Assembly: GCF_006345805.1 (NCBI RefSeq)
Contig: NC_043004.1
Location: 31,000,001 to 31,064,000 of the forward strand
Direction: 5' to 3'
DNA length: 64,000 bases
Source of the DNA: Octopus sinensis
Lineage: Eukaryota
Shown here: in pieces, positions 39,639 through 52,784 of the stretch
Position numbering within the stretch: the stretch's first letter is position 1
Layout of the letters: every line of letters begins with the position of its first letter
Position numbers and translations under genes: made by a program
The notes under the pieces: model-generated
Told to the model about the DNA's origin: nothing
The model's input: only the letters and a program-made list of their open reading frames with translations
Databases searched by the model: none

Positions 39639-40442
39639 CTAAAGATTAGTTAACTTTTGTATATATTTATCATTTCTCACAATCTAGCCTTGTAATCTGT
39701 GTGTACGTAAATGTGCATGCATGTGTGTGCGTGCACGCACATGTGTGTGTGTGTATGTGCATGCAAGCACATGTGTGCATGTGCATGCACATGCGTGTTT
39801 CATTCCACTGTATTCAGTTTCTGCAATAAATTTCAATAATCTTGACAAGTCCTCATCTCAAAACATCTTTCACATAATTCATGGATAGATATATCTTTAT
39901 CTAACAACCATTCTGATCAATTCCACATGATTGATCCAGGTGTACTCATTTATTTAATTTTTTGTTTGTTTGTTTTATACACTTTCAGACTGTTTATCAC
40001 TTGCAATTATCTCTTGTTTCTCTTGGTAGTGTGGGGGTGGGGGTAGAGGAGTTCCTGACATTTTATATGATTGATTATCAAAACAGATAATGAAATATAA
40101 GTTTGATCAACGATTTATTTGTTAATGGTAATATGATTTCTTATCAACATAAATTAACCCTTAACATTAAACAAGCTGACATTTATCAACTTTTGTAGAT
40201 ATATTGCACTTAGCTTCAACAAAAAGTTTCTTGAGGTGTGTGTGACGTCATCAAATGAAAGTAATACTAGGACACTTATATATACTAAACAAACATATAC
40301 ATATGTGTCATATATATATATATGTATATGTGCGTATATGTTTGTATGTGTGTGTGCATGTTTATGTATGTAATTATATATGTATGAATATATCTATCTA
40401 TCTATATATATACATATATATACATATACATATATATATGTG

Positions 40443-40477
<35 letters not shown>

Positions 40478-40495
40478 GTGTATATATACATATAT

Positions 40496-40559
<64 letters not shown>

Positions 40560-40564
40560 ATATA

Positions 40565-40889
40565 ACAAATGTCTGTGTGGTAAGAAGCTTGCTTCCCAAC
40601 CACATGGATCTGGGTTCAGTCCCACTGCATGCCAGCTTCGGCAATTGTCTTCTACCATAGACTTGGGCTGACCAAAGCCTTGTGAGTGGATTTCGTAGAT
40701 AGAAACTGAAAGAAGCCCATTGTATATGCATGTGTGTGTGTCCTCATAACTTAGTGCTTTGGCAAAAGACACCGACAGAATATAAGTATTAGGCTTACAA
40801 AGAATAAGTCCAGGGGTTGATTTGTTCAACTAAAGGCGATGCTCCAGCATGGGCATAGTCAAATGACTGAAGCAAGGAAAAGAATAAAA

Positions 40890-40890
<1 letters not shown>
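40565..40890 (+). mobile_element. tRNA-derived SINE
   Basis: tgtggtaagaagcttgc..gggttcagtcccactgc head. Same family as 22001. Confidence 0.85.
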
Positions 40891-40966
<76 letters not shown>

Positions 40967-41296
40967 TGCATGGCTCAGTGGTTAGAGCGTCGAGCTTACG
41001 ATCGTGAGGTTGTGAGCTCGAATCCTGGACCGGGCTGCGTGTTGTGTTCTCGAGCAAGGCACTTTATTTCACGTTGCTCCAGTTCACTCATCTGTAGAAA
41101 TGAGTTGCGACGTCAATGGTGCCAAGCTGTATCGACCTTTGTCTTTCCCTTGGATAACACTGGTGGCGTGAAGAGGGGAGGCTGGTATGCATGGGCGACT
41201 GCTGGCCTTCCATAAACAACCTTGCCCGGACTTGTGCCTTGGAGGGTAACTTTCTAGGTGCAATCCCATGGTCATTCATGACCGAAGGGGGTCTTT
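40967..41296 (+). mobile_element. tRNA(Arg)-like, CORE-type SINE, young copy
   Basis: A box tggctcagtggtt and B box gctcgaatcc, then gcaaggcacttt..cagttcactcatctgtagaaatg resembling the MIR/CORE domain. CpG-rich. Confidence 0.75.
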
Positions 41297-41321
41297 ATAT
41301 ATATATATATATATAATATAT

Positions 41322-41355
<34 letters not shown>

Positions 41356-41364
41356 ATATATATA

Positions 41365-41409
<45 letters not shown>

Positions 41410-41522
41410 TAAATATATATAATTAGTAATATCAAGGTAATAAAGATTTTAGAAATTTCTACTACCTATGGACTAGCGTGTAGAAAAATTAGTCAATAGA
41501 CTATATATTATTCATATAAATA

Positions 41523-41648
41523 CAGTGTACATTTAAACACATAAGAGGTATCTGTCATAGGATTCCCAGCATGCTAGACTTTGGCTGTTCCTTCTAGCAT
41601 GCCAGGAATCCTATGATGGATACCTCTTATGTGTTTAAATGTACACTG
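41523..41648. mobile_element. 126-bp palindromic mini-MITE with Tc1-like CAGTG ends
   Basis: ta|cagtgtacatttaaacacataagagg...cctcttatgtgtttaaatgtacactg|ca. ~56-bp arms with a 14-nt loop. Confidence 0.75.
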
Positions 41649-41756
41649 CATTTATATATAAATATATATATATGCATGCATGTATGTATATGAATATATA
41701 CAAAAATACATTCATATATACATATTTCTTTATATATAAATATATAGATAGATAGT

Positions 41757-41822
<66 letters not shown>

Positions 41823-42195
41823 TAGACACACACACACATATATACATACATATACTCACATACATATATGTATTTATGTATGTGTATGTGTGTGTATGTA
41901 CATATATATACACACACACCACAGTGCACTCACACGTGCATGCACACACACACACACACACACATACACACACACATAATATCAGAAGAAGAAGTTGTTT
42001 GTAAAAATCAATTACTTTGACTTTTACTTACAAACTCAAGACATGAATAAAAAGAAAGCAGAACGTTTTGTATTTATTTATTTTTTCTTAAATAAATATA
42101 TTTGTCGATTGAGTGCTATAGAGTAGAATGTCAACTCTTTGCACTCTCAGCCCAACAACCAGGGTTCAATTCTGTAGATATTCCATTCCACTTAC

Positions 42196-42248
42196 CTTGT
42201 CATTACCATTTGTATTGATATAAGAGTATCAGTAAGAAGTCTTGATTC
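42196..42248 (-). CDS. Candidate 53-nt exon
   Basis: gatttttttcag | ... aag | gtaagt. Phase 0 is open (ESRLLTDTLISIQMVMT); phase 1 gives GIKTSY*. Confidence 0.35.
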
Positions 42249-42299
42249 CTGAAAAAAATCTTAATTTCTATGGAAACTGAACCAAGGGTAAATAAATTT

Positions 42300-42510
42300 T
42301 CTGCCACCCTCTCCCTCTCTCTCCTCTCTCTACTCTTTTTCTCTCTCTCTCTCTCTCTCTTTCTCTCCCTCTTCCCTCTTTCTCTATCTGTCTCTCTCTC
42401 ACTCCCTGAAGGATGTGGAAGAAGAAGAAGAAGAAGAAGAAGAAGAAGAAGAAGAAGAAGAAGAAGAAGAAGAAGAAGAAGGAGGAGGAGGAGGAGGAGA
42501 GGGGGGGAGA
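42300..42510. repeat. (CT)n, (GAA)n and (GGA)n tracts
   Basis: Directly visible. Confidence 0.95.
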
Positions 42511-42558
42511 ATGAGCAGCTTGTTGTGAAGTTTGTTTACACTTTGTTTCAGTTAAATA

Positions 42559-43799
42559 TTGGGTTGGCAACTAAGTTCTTGAAGATTTTAAAATTTTAGA
42601 ATTTATTGCGTTTATAAATTTTGGAATCTATTTTTTTCGAGAATTCTATTTTTGAATCATTTTGGAATCTATTCTGTTTGTTTTTTTTCTAGTTAATTTT
42701 AGTTAATTTTTGTTTATGTTCAGATCATTAAAATGGATTGTCAAGTTAAGAAAAACAAGCATTTTGAAGGTTCTAAGGCCACAAAAGCTGCTTGCGACGT
42801 TTGTGCTGTGTATGGAGAGGGTGCCATAGTTGAAAGAACCGCTCATGATTGGTATGCCAAGTTCAAAAATGGACATTTTGACCTCAAAGACGCGCCTCGT
42901 TCTGGTCATCCAGTTGAATTCGATGAAGAGCGATTAAACCAACTTTTGTACGAAAATTCTCGTCAAACGATAAGAGAACTCGTAGAGAAAATGGAATGCT
43001 CCCACACTGCTATAGAGAAGCATCTTCAGAAGTATGGAGCATGGATTCTGCATGCTTTAAGTGACAACAGCAAAAATCAACAAGCCACAATCTCTGCTGG
43101 TTTGCTTGCTCATCACAGCTCAACTCATGAACACAAGCAACGATTTCTTTACCAAATCATTACTGGCAACGAAAAATGGTGCCTGTACATCAATATGAAG
43201 CAGCATAAGGAATGGCTTAGCCCCAGTAAACAAGCGACACCGCACGTGAAGCAAGATCTTCATCCATGTAAAACGATGTTGTGCATATGGTGGGACTGAG
43301 AAGGGATTATCCAATTACGAATTGCTTGAATGGGACCAAACAGTCAACGTGGAACTTTATGTTCAATAGATGGAATAACTCAAGAGAAAAGACCTAATCA
43401 TCAGCATGGAGTTCTTCTGCTGCACGACAACACCTGCCCTCATATCGCCAATATGACCAAGAAAGACATTCAAACGCATGGCTGGGAAGTGCTGCCACAC
43501 CCACTGTACTCTCCTGATTTGGCACCAACAGATTTCTACCTCTTTCGATCTCTTTCAAATGCTATGCGCAGAATTTTGTTCAATACTGATGCAGAATTCA
43601 GAGCTTAGGTGGATCAATTTTTCGAGTCAAAATCAGGTGAGTTCTACCAACAAGGTATTGAAAATCTTGTTGAATGTTGGGAAGAAGTTGTAAACAACAA
43701 GGGTGAATACATTATTGATTAATTAGTTGTTATTTTTTTATTAAAACTTTTTAAAAATTTAAATTTATAAAAGCTGCGGGAACTTAGTTGCCAACCCAA
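42559..43799 (+). mobile_element. Near full-length mariner (DD34D), disrupted transposase
   Basis: TIRs ttgggttggcaactaagtt at both ends with TA TSD. ORFs with PRSGHP, IITGNEKWCLY, LLLHDNTCPH and YSPDLAPTDFYLFRSL. Confidence 0.95.
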
Positions 43800-43869
43800 T
43801 ATATTCTTAAATTCTTTCTTCTTTTTAAAATGGAAATAATAACAGAGGTATCAATTGTTCAATCAGGTG

Positions 43870-45745
43870 ATGAAAGTTACAAAGAGAGCCATATCCCAAC
43901 TAATTAGGGAGAGAGTTAGTCTAGATGAGATGCAGTTTAGTTTTGTGCCATGGAGAAACACAACTGATGCTATATATTTCTGGTAAGACAGCTAAAGGAG
44001 AAATACCTAGCCAAAGATAAGCATCTGTACTTGGTTTTTGTTGACATACAGAAAGCCTTTGACAGAATCCCCCAATCCCTTATCTGGTGGTCAATGTGGA
44101 AACTAGGGATAGATGAGTGTTTGATGAGAGCTGTACAAGTCATGTACAGAGATGCTACCATGAGGGTTGGCAATGAGTACAGCAAAGAATTCAGGATACA
44201 AGTAGGGATTCACCAAGGATCGGTGTTCAGACCCCTCTTGTTCATCATAATCCTCCAAGCAATAACAGAGGAATTTCAGACAGGCTGCCCCTTGGAGCTC
44301 CTCTATGCTAATGACTTTGCTCTTATAGTTGAATCACTATCAGAATTAGAGAAGTTTCAGGTATGGAAACAAGGTCTAGAATCCAAGGGTCTTAGAGTTA
44401 ACCTAGCAAAAACCAAAGTCTTAGTAAGTAGGAAGGCAGACAAATCCTAAATCCCTTCAGAGAGATGGCCCTGCTCAATCTGTAGAAAAGGTGTAGGTAG
44501 AAACTCCATAAGATGCACCCAGTGTAAGCTTTGGACACATAAAAGGTGCAGCAATATCAAAGGAAGGCTAATGGGAAAACTAGCTGTTGCTTGTGGGAGA
44601 TGCACAGGTACAATAAACGCTAAAAATGTACAGAAAATAGACTCCATCAACTGCCAGAGGGACAAGCTAGAGGTAGTAGATAGCTTCCATTATCTAGGTG
44701 ACCAAGTTAGTAGTGGAGGGGGATGCTCCGACAGTGCAACTGTGAGAAAAAGATTAGGCTGGGTAAAGATCAGAGAGCACCTACCTCTGCTAGCGACAAA
44801 TGGCCTCTCTCTCAGAGTGAAAGGCAGATTGTATGATGCCTGTGTGTGAACAACTATGCTACATGGTAATGAAACATGAGCTATAACAGCCAAGGACATG
44901 CATCGGCTTGAAAGAAATGAAGCCAGTATGCTTTGCTGAATGTGCAATGCCAGTGTGCATGATCAACAGTGTAAGCATCTTGAGGGAAAAGTTAGGCATA
45001 AGAGGCATCAGATGTGGTGTGTAAGAGAGACAACTGTGCTAGTATGGTCATATGACACATATGGATGAGGACAGCTGTGTAAAGAAGTGTTGATCTCTAA
45101 CTGTGGAAGGAACCTGTGGTAGAGGTGGACCCAGGAAGCCATGAGACGAAGTGGTGAAGCATGATCTTCAAACTTTGAGCCTCACAGAGGCAATGACAAG
45201 TAACCGAGATCTTTGGTGATATGCTGTGTTTGAGAAAACCTGTCAAGCCAAGTGAAATTGTAGTCATGGCTTATGTTGGTGTCATGTAACTCATGCTGGT
45301 GGCACATAAAGTGCACCATTTGAGCATTGGGCCTCACAGAGGCAAAGTGGATGAATTCCTTTCAAGCTTCGGGCCTCAGCTGAGTTCTTTTCAAGTGTTG
45401 GGCTGTACGGAGGCAAAGTGGCTGAGTTCCTTTCGAGCATTGGGCCTCACGGAGGCAATGACTGAGACCTTTGGCATTATGTCATGCTTAAGAAGTCTCA
45501 TCAAGCTGAGCAAACTCGCAGTCATGTCAGATACCAGTGTCACACAAATGGTACCTGTGCCAGTGGCCCGTAAAAGTACCGATTATACTCTCAGAGTGAT
45601 TGGTATTAGAAAGGGCATCCAGCTTTAGAAAACCATGCCAAATCAGACTGGAGTCTGGTGCAGCCTTCCAGTTTACCAGCCCTGGTCAAACCGTCCAACC
45701 CATGCCAGCATGGATAATGAACATTAAATGATGATGATGATGATA
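43870..45745 (+). mobile_element. RTE-clade LINE, 5'-truncated (RT, Cys-rich finger, 3' UTR, (GAT)n tail)
   Basis: FVDIQKAFDRIP..QVGIHQGSVF.PLLFII..LLYANDFAL..GLRVNLAKTKV; WPCSICRKGVG.NSI.C..C..WTHKRC. Confidence 0.92.
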
Positions 45746-46307
45746 AAGATGATGAACAATGGTGACATGCTTAAAGCATGCAATATTTATATTGCTGACA
45801 GAAAATAAATAAATCTGTGTTTATTAGAGATATTAGAAATGTTCTAAGAGAAAATGTAGAATTATTGTGACTTGTGCCAATTTCAGAAGATTCTTTATAG
45901 TTATTTGCATGAATTAAACCAAGTCATTTCTCTGTTTTAAAACCAGTTGCATACATAAAGCAGTGCACAGTACAATGAAATGAAATAACAACATTCTGTG
46001 TAGTTAACAACTGCCTGAGAAACCCGCCTTTAAGTGTCTGTGATGTATTGCCATATAAAAACTCATTATTACCCAATGCTTGATGAATGAGAAGACACAA
46101 CGATGCCACAAAGTATTTAAAACTAATGACTAGAGGTGATAAATTTTTATTATTAGAAAGTAAGGATGATTGTCTTTATTCAACAACGGTGTTTTAGATG
46201 AGTTATCAATAAAACGATGTGGCTGAATTACAGAGAATTTCCATGAGCATCTCTTAAAATGCAGCAAGATGCTCTTTATGTCATTGTTTCTAAAACTGAA
46301 AATTTAC

Positions 46308-46330
46308 CATTAATTTCCTCATCACCAAGA
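46308..46330 (-). CDS. Candidate 23-nt microexon
   Basis: ccattttatcttttag | tcttggtgatgaggaaattaatg | gtaaat. Phase-compatible with the 51126-51195 exon (PLGDEEIN). Confidence 0.35.
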
Positions 46331-46534
46331 CTAAAAGATAAAATGGCAGCATCATTTTCAATTATGTTAAAGAGACAAATATTTGTCCAGGATCAAAATG
46401 GATTTCAAAATAACTGCAATAAACTGCGTAAATTTTTAGCATTCAGATTACTGTCAAATGTAATGCTTATTCATTTACGCTGTTTTGAATAAATCATGTA
46501 TTACTTCATAGCTTTAAGATTTCCATGACATTTT

Positions 46535-46995
46535 TTATCTTTAATCTTTTACTTGTTTCAGTCATTTGACTGTGGCCATGCTGGGGCACCACCTTGAAGG
46601 GTTTTAGTTGAATAAATTGATCCCAGGACTTCTTTTTCTGGTTTTTTTTTATAAGCCTGATACTTATTCTATCAGTCTCTTTTTGTAAACCGATTAAGTT
46701 ATGTGGATGCAAACACACCAACACCAGTTTTCAAGGGGTGGGGGTGGGGGCAAACACAGACATAAAGACACGCATGCATACATAGATTGCATGCATACAT
46801 ACATATATACATATATACATACATATATGCATGCACACACACACACACACACAAGATGGACTTCTTTCAGTTTCCATCCACCAAATCCACTCACAAAGCT
46901 TTGGTCGGCCAGAGGATATAGTAGAAGACGCTTACCCAGGGTGCCACACAGTAGGACTGAACCTGGAACCATGTGATTGGGAAACAAGCTTCTGT
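46535..46995 (-). mobile_element. tRNA-derived SINE
   Basis: Same family as 22001. Confidence 0.85.
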
Positions 46996-47169
46996 ATTTC
47001 ATAAAAATTTGCAATGCAGGCATTACACAGAGGGGACAAATGAGGACAGACAAACATAAAAGGGTGAAGAAGCTTTGTCGATTAAAAGTTCTGTTTTAAA
47101 TGAATGGTGAAATGTGATTAAAAATTGCAATTACAATAAAAATTTTAAAAATCCGATGATTTCACATTG

Positions 47170-48110
47170 CCACATGCAATGTATCTCCTGAAGGAAAGGC
47201 ACCCGACCACCAGGGTAGAACCTTTGCTTTTCTTCTGGGGCTCCACTTACCTGGTGCCACTGACTCCCAGCTTTCTTGCCACAAGCTTCCATCTTTTATT
47301 GAATCTCTCTAGTGACAGGTACTTCTTCTCCAGTCTGATTTTACTGCTGAGGTGGTAACTAAAAAGCTGACCAACCCCTGGCCAGATACAAAGGTACCCA
47401 TCACTATTCCTTTCACATATATCTTCCATTGTGCTTCTTTCAGTATGGCTACTATGCAGAAAAAGCAAGCCTTTCTCTCCCTGTTAAGGGAAGGAGGAGG
47501 CACAATCTTGATGATAGATTCAGCCAATAGCTGTACTCTTCCTATCGATGACAACAGTTGTTCTGCGATAGCTATCAGTCCTGTTAATTCCGGACACTCC
47601 ACAAATGCATGCAAAATTGTTTCCCTGTCCTGCCCGCACCTTGGACATGTCAGCGAGACAGCACTTCCATGCCTTGACAGTTTATCACGAACAGGTAACG
47701 CCGCACAGAAGCACTGCCAAACCAGGGATTTCTGGTAATTATCCAGATACCCCAGCCTGAAAGCTCTCTTGAACAGGTTGATCAACTGATTTTCCTCATA
47801 GCCCAGGGTCTCTCCCAAGGTGTCTTCGGACATAATCTCCACTAACCTGCTATAAAAATCTGCGGTGTTTCTAAAACTGAAAATTCAGAGCAACTGAAGA
47901 GCCTGACAGAATTCCAATTGCCAGTCCCCCAGCCTAGGTCTCTGCTTGATCCATGTACCAATGTTCATTGAGGATGTTAACTGCGGAAGATAGAACCACA
48001 CATGCGGTGACCACACCAGCTCTCCATCCTTAATGCAAGTTTTTGCATCTTCAGCCAAGGCATCCCATAGCTCAGCCTCATTACAGACTGTCTTCAAAGG
48101 TGCTCAGCTT
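47170..48110 (-). mobile_element. L1/Tx1-type non-LTR ORF2 C-terminal region, decayed
   Basis: KSLVWQC...ALPVRDKL.RHG..SLTCPRCGQDRETILHAFVECP is a zf-RVT/CCHC knuckle. Confidence 0.8.
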
Positions 48111-49772
48111 TTGAAATTGAGCTAAGGTCTGTTTACATATACATTAAGTTGAATTTGCCCAACACAACTGATTCTCTTCAAAAGAATTTGATAGTCCACC
48201 CACCATGCTAGAGCAAACAAACACTGAATTCATTATATTTTATTTTTTACCCTTTACTTATTTCAATCATTGGACTGCAACCATGATAGGACACTGCCTT
48301 GAAGGGGTTTAGTCAAACAAATCAAACCCAGTACTTTGTTTCTTTGTTTGATGTTAAGTCTAGTGCTTATTTTATCTGCCTCTAATTCTAAAATAAATAT
48401 CTCTGGAGCTAATGTAAGGTGAAGAAATGTAAAAGAAATATATAATATACATGGGTGTTATTAATAGTCCTAAAAACAGACCCACAGCTAATAATTCAAC
48501 CAACTTTGGGTTTTCTGAAGGACACTGGCTCTCAATCTATACTTTCTTTTTGATAAATCACTTTAATTTAAAAAGCAATTAGTTCCAGTAATTACTTTGC
48601 TTTAGTTTTACGAAATGCAAATTATTGGGCAACCTTATTCTTTTGTATACATTCTTTCAGTCTTAAAAAGAATTATTTTTTCTTTTATAATTTTTATTAA
48701 ATAAAAATGTTTTAAATGTAGACAGTTTCCCTGTTGGCATTTTGTCTTCTTAGTATTTTGTCTTAACAGCATTTTTCCTGATGGCATTATGACTTTTGGT
48801 TGTCTGTCTGCATAGAGTAAACCAATGACTGGCTTATTGTAAATCTGTAACCAAGATTCTATTGCAAACAAAAATTTATTTTTTAAAATGGAAAATAAAA
48901 TAGAAGTCATTATGGTTTAAAGACAGAACAATAAGCTATCTGGTCATATTGTGACAGAATATCACATATGCCACAGACAGCTGTCATTTGTCTCATGAAA
49001 GTCATAATTTAGATAATTGTCCAACCTACAATGAACAAAACTATGTCTGTTCAAGAGTAGCCAAGAGACAGGTGATTATGTTCTATATTAAATTAACTCA
49101 CCATATATTTATTTACATTTAGTTTTCCAATACTTTCATCATTAGATATGTAAACATCAAATTTACAATTGTTTTTCACAAGCAGTACCTCCAAATTATT
49201 TATTTTCTAAACAAATCTATTTTCCTATGCCAATAAATGTATAATCTTGTGCTTTAACTAATTTAATTAGTGATTCATTCATCATTACTTTAGCAAGTGC
49301 AGTGAAGATAACGTTTTGCTAATGAGGTCAGAATAACATCAAAACATTTCCAGTATTGTCACCAATTCATGCAAGAAAAATGAAAATAATATTAGCCCTT
49401 GACTAATATATTATTCTCCCTCCCCATATATTCATTTCCAGTTAACTATTTATTGTTCTGTAAGTTAAATAGGTTACCACTAAGACACTAACTCAATAAC
49501 TGTGAATTCATATCCACAACATGAATAATATGTGTATCTCACAGCAATATATCTAATTTATGCATCACAGTCTATCAGCTAACAGCAACAGGAATCATAT
49601 TTATTGAATATTATTGGGGAAGATTGGCATCTGTGTTCTATCTATGAAAAAATTTAGTTATTATCAGCTTCATGTTACAGAAATTTATATTTAGTATTTA
49701 GCATTGGAGAGAATGTATAATAGGAAATATAGTGAATATCTTATATTTCAGGAGAAAGATAGAAGGAAAAAG

Positions 49773-50195
49773 CAGGTCCGGATTAAGACCCATTGAGGTC
49801 CTAAGCATTTAAAAGATTTTGGTGCCCCCATAAAAGATTATGTAATTCAAAATAGAAACAATAACAAACCATAAAATAAATTTTTACTTTTCAAAATGAA
49901 ACAAAACAAAAGAGGGAAAATAATGTTTGTTTTTGTATACTTCCACTTTATTTATATTTGAAAAGTTTCCTCCTACTTTTTTGAATTGTAAAGTCTTTGA
50001 GGATCCTCAAAATTAATCTTAGGTAACACATTTGTATCTATACTTAGTAGAGATAAAGGCATCCTGAATATTATTTTAACAAGTTTAAAGTGATTTCTTT
50101 TGTGTTGTAAACTATTTACCATTTCTGTGGTATCCCCTCCTTTCCTTGGTGCCCTAAGCATGTGCTTATTTTGCTTGATGTTTAATCCAGCACTG
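49773..50195. mobile_element. hAT-type non-autonomous element (copy 2)
   Basis: TIR caggtccggattaa / ttaatccagcactg. The 8-bp TSD ggaaaaag / agaaaaag matches at 7/8. Confidence 0.85.
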
Positions 50196-51125
50196 AGAAA
50201 AAGTCAGTGCCATTTAGTATCCTTTTTCAGGGGATTTTCAGGGTTGGTGTTAATAATCTCCAGTTTTTATAACAATTATTTTCATGGCTTATTCAAAAAA
50301 TGGACAATTTCATCCATAACCTTGATGCATAACAATTGCATCCATAAGCAGAAACACTGAGATTGGTGCAGGTGAAGTGTAGAACAGATATATAGGCTAC
50401 TGCATTAGCAAACAGCAAATCAAGATATTGAGATAGCCTCAAACTCGAGTTATCTGCAGACTGGAATCCTTGGTGAATGGTAGAGATATATGTGGACATT
50501 GTTGTCTCATTAAAAAGTTTACTTCCCAGTTATATGGTTGTGTGTTCAATCCCACTGTGTGGTATTGAACAGCATGACACCTTGGATAGGTATCTTCTAC
50601 TATAACCACAGGCTAATATAAGCCTTGTGAGTGGATTTGATAGATGCAATTTTTCTGTGGCTTGATCTTCTTGTCTTCCAGCTCTCACCTGTTTCCAAGT
50701 AATTTAATATTTACCTCAGTCTACTGAACATCAAACAGCTCAGACATGCTTTCACAAACAATTGAAAACAAATGATGCTGTATGAATGATGATGCTTTGG
50801 CCACAACGGGTAGTCACATGTCAAGCCAAGGGGAAAACACACTCACACATACACATGAAAACATGCATGCACACACACACACACACATAAAGCATGCCTT
50901 AAACTCAGTTAACAGCATACTTTAAGGTTTTCTGATTTGAATTCTTCATCTCCAAAGTTAGTTCCCTTCACCAAGGCCTAGAATCCAGCCCTTTCTGGTA
51001 GGCTAAATGTGCACCTGGGTACCAAATGACAAATTCTAAGTACTTGTACATGCATACACATGCCATGTCATTGAAGCAGACTCTCCTTAGTCCTTTGCAG
51101 GATGTCCAGAAACCATTCTACTCAC

Positions 51126-51195
51126 GGTGGTGGTGCTGCTGGTTTAGTCACTGATGGCCTTGTCATCCAGCAGTTTCTACTGGGTAACATGTTAA
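51126..51195 (-). CDS. Candidate 70-nt coding exon
   Basis: tgttgttacag | (x)NMLPSRNCWMTRPSVTKPAAPP | gtgagt. GC-richer than the flanks, with a single open frame. Confidence 0.45.
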
Positions 51196-51199
51196 CTGT

Positions 51200-51293
<94 letters not shown>

Positions 51294-51294
51294 T

Positions 51295-51347
<53 letters not shown>

Positions 51348-51434
51348 ATCAAAACAGTTTGATCCATACATATAGCTCCCAATAAATTTGTTACGAGCCT
51401 TTCTTTCATTTATCCACTCACTTGTGTATATGTA

Positions 51435-51470
<36 letters not shown>

Positions 51471-51796
51471 TGTATGTATGTGAAACACGCTAAAATAATG
51501 GTCATTACATATAATTCTTTTACTGGAGCAAATTTGGCTTACAGATGTTTCCAGATATCATTAAAGGTACATTATTGATAGGTTTATTCAATTGGTCTAT
51601 TGATCAAGTCAGGTAAATTAAACTACCTAAGAAAATTAATGCTACTTTCATCAAAATGTTTCCGAAAGTCATGGGAGCTGTGCTGTTTTCTGACTTTGTA
51701 AACATGTCCACGTATGTTAGACGTATATACATACACACACACACACACACACACACACCCACACACACCCACACACACCCACACACACACACACAC

Positions 51797-51860
<64 letters not shown>

Positions 51861-51871
51861 ATGTTTGTGTA

Positions 51872-51912
<41 letters not shown>

Positions 51913-52493
51913 AATATATAGCAGCAAGCATATAATTCTTTTATTCTCTAGTTCTGATGAAATATTTGCTAAAAATTATAATGGAGTATCCTATGTGTTG
52001 AAAACCTTTTGTGATCTTATGCATCCAAAGAAGGTGGTATATTTCAAATTGAAGTAATGTTTGCATTGCTCAATTAAATGGAGCCATCTGAAATGGCTGT
52101 AATACACTAATACCTTGACATTCTTATTACTTATTTGCTTTGTGTATATATATATATATATATAGTATCATCAATATCATCCTTTTAATGATCACTTTTT
52201 CCATACTTGGATTGCATCAGATGGAATTTTTTTATGCAGATTTTCAACATCCAGATGCCCTTCTTGTCACCAACCCTCACACATTTCCAAGCAAGTTAAG
52301 ATTTTCCCATGACTGGATATGCTTTATGCAGAATATTTGAAATGAATGATGTTGCTTGTATATCAGTGACACCTGTCCACAGCTATCATATGATACCAAG
52401 ACAAGGAGATACAAACATACACATACTCACACCATATACATAGCATACACAAACACTCACACACACATACACACACACATATACATATGCACA

Positions 52494-52531
<38 letters not shown>

Positions 52532-52784
52532 GGTTCAAATTACACGGATAGGAGAAATCAGTAAAATGTGTGCTAATAACACATTGAAATCTATTCAGTT
52601 GATTATTCCTCCCCTTTTGAACAATAAGCCTAATGTCTAATCTATAGATCACTATCATTAATATAAATATATATATGTAGCCACAAACACACATATATTT
52701 ACAACAGAATGTCTTGATGATTAAGTTTCAGGGTTGGCCAGGGACTAAACAACATAATGAATGAAAGAAAATATATACTGAATA

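Noticed and set aside
40967-41045. Possible tRNA-Arg gene
   Set aside because: The anticodon and acceptor stems are imperfect, and the sequence continues into a CORE-like SINE body.
48635-49206. Minus-strand frames KINNLEVLLVKNN.. (LRR-like) and IYNKPVIGLLYAD..
   Set aside because: Phases do not link to the neighbouring candidates, and such frames can occur by chance in AT-rich DNA. The 49206-49102 segment is kept only as a weak candidate.
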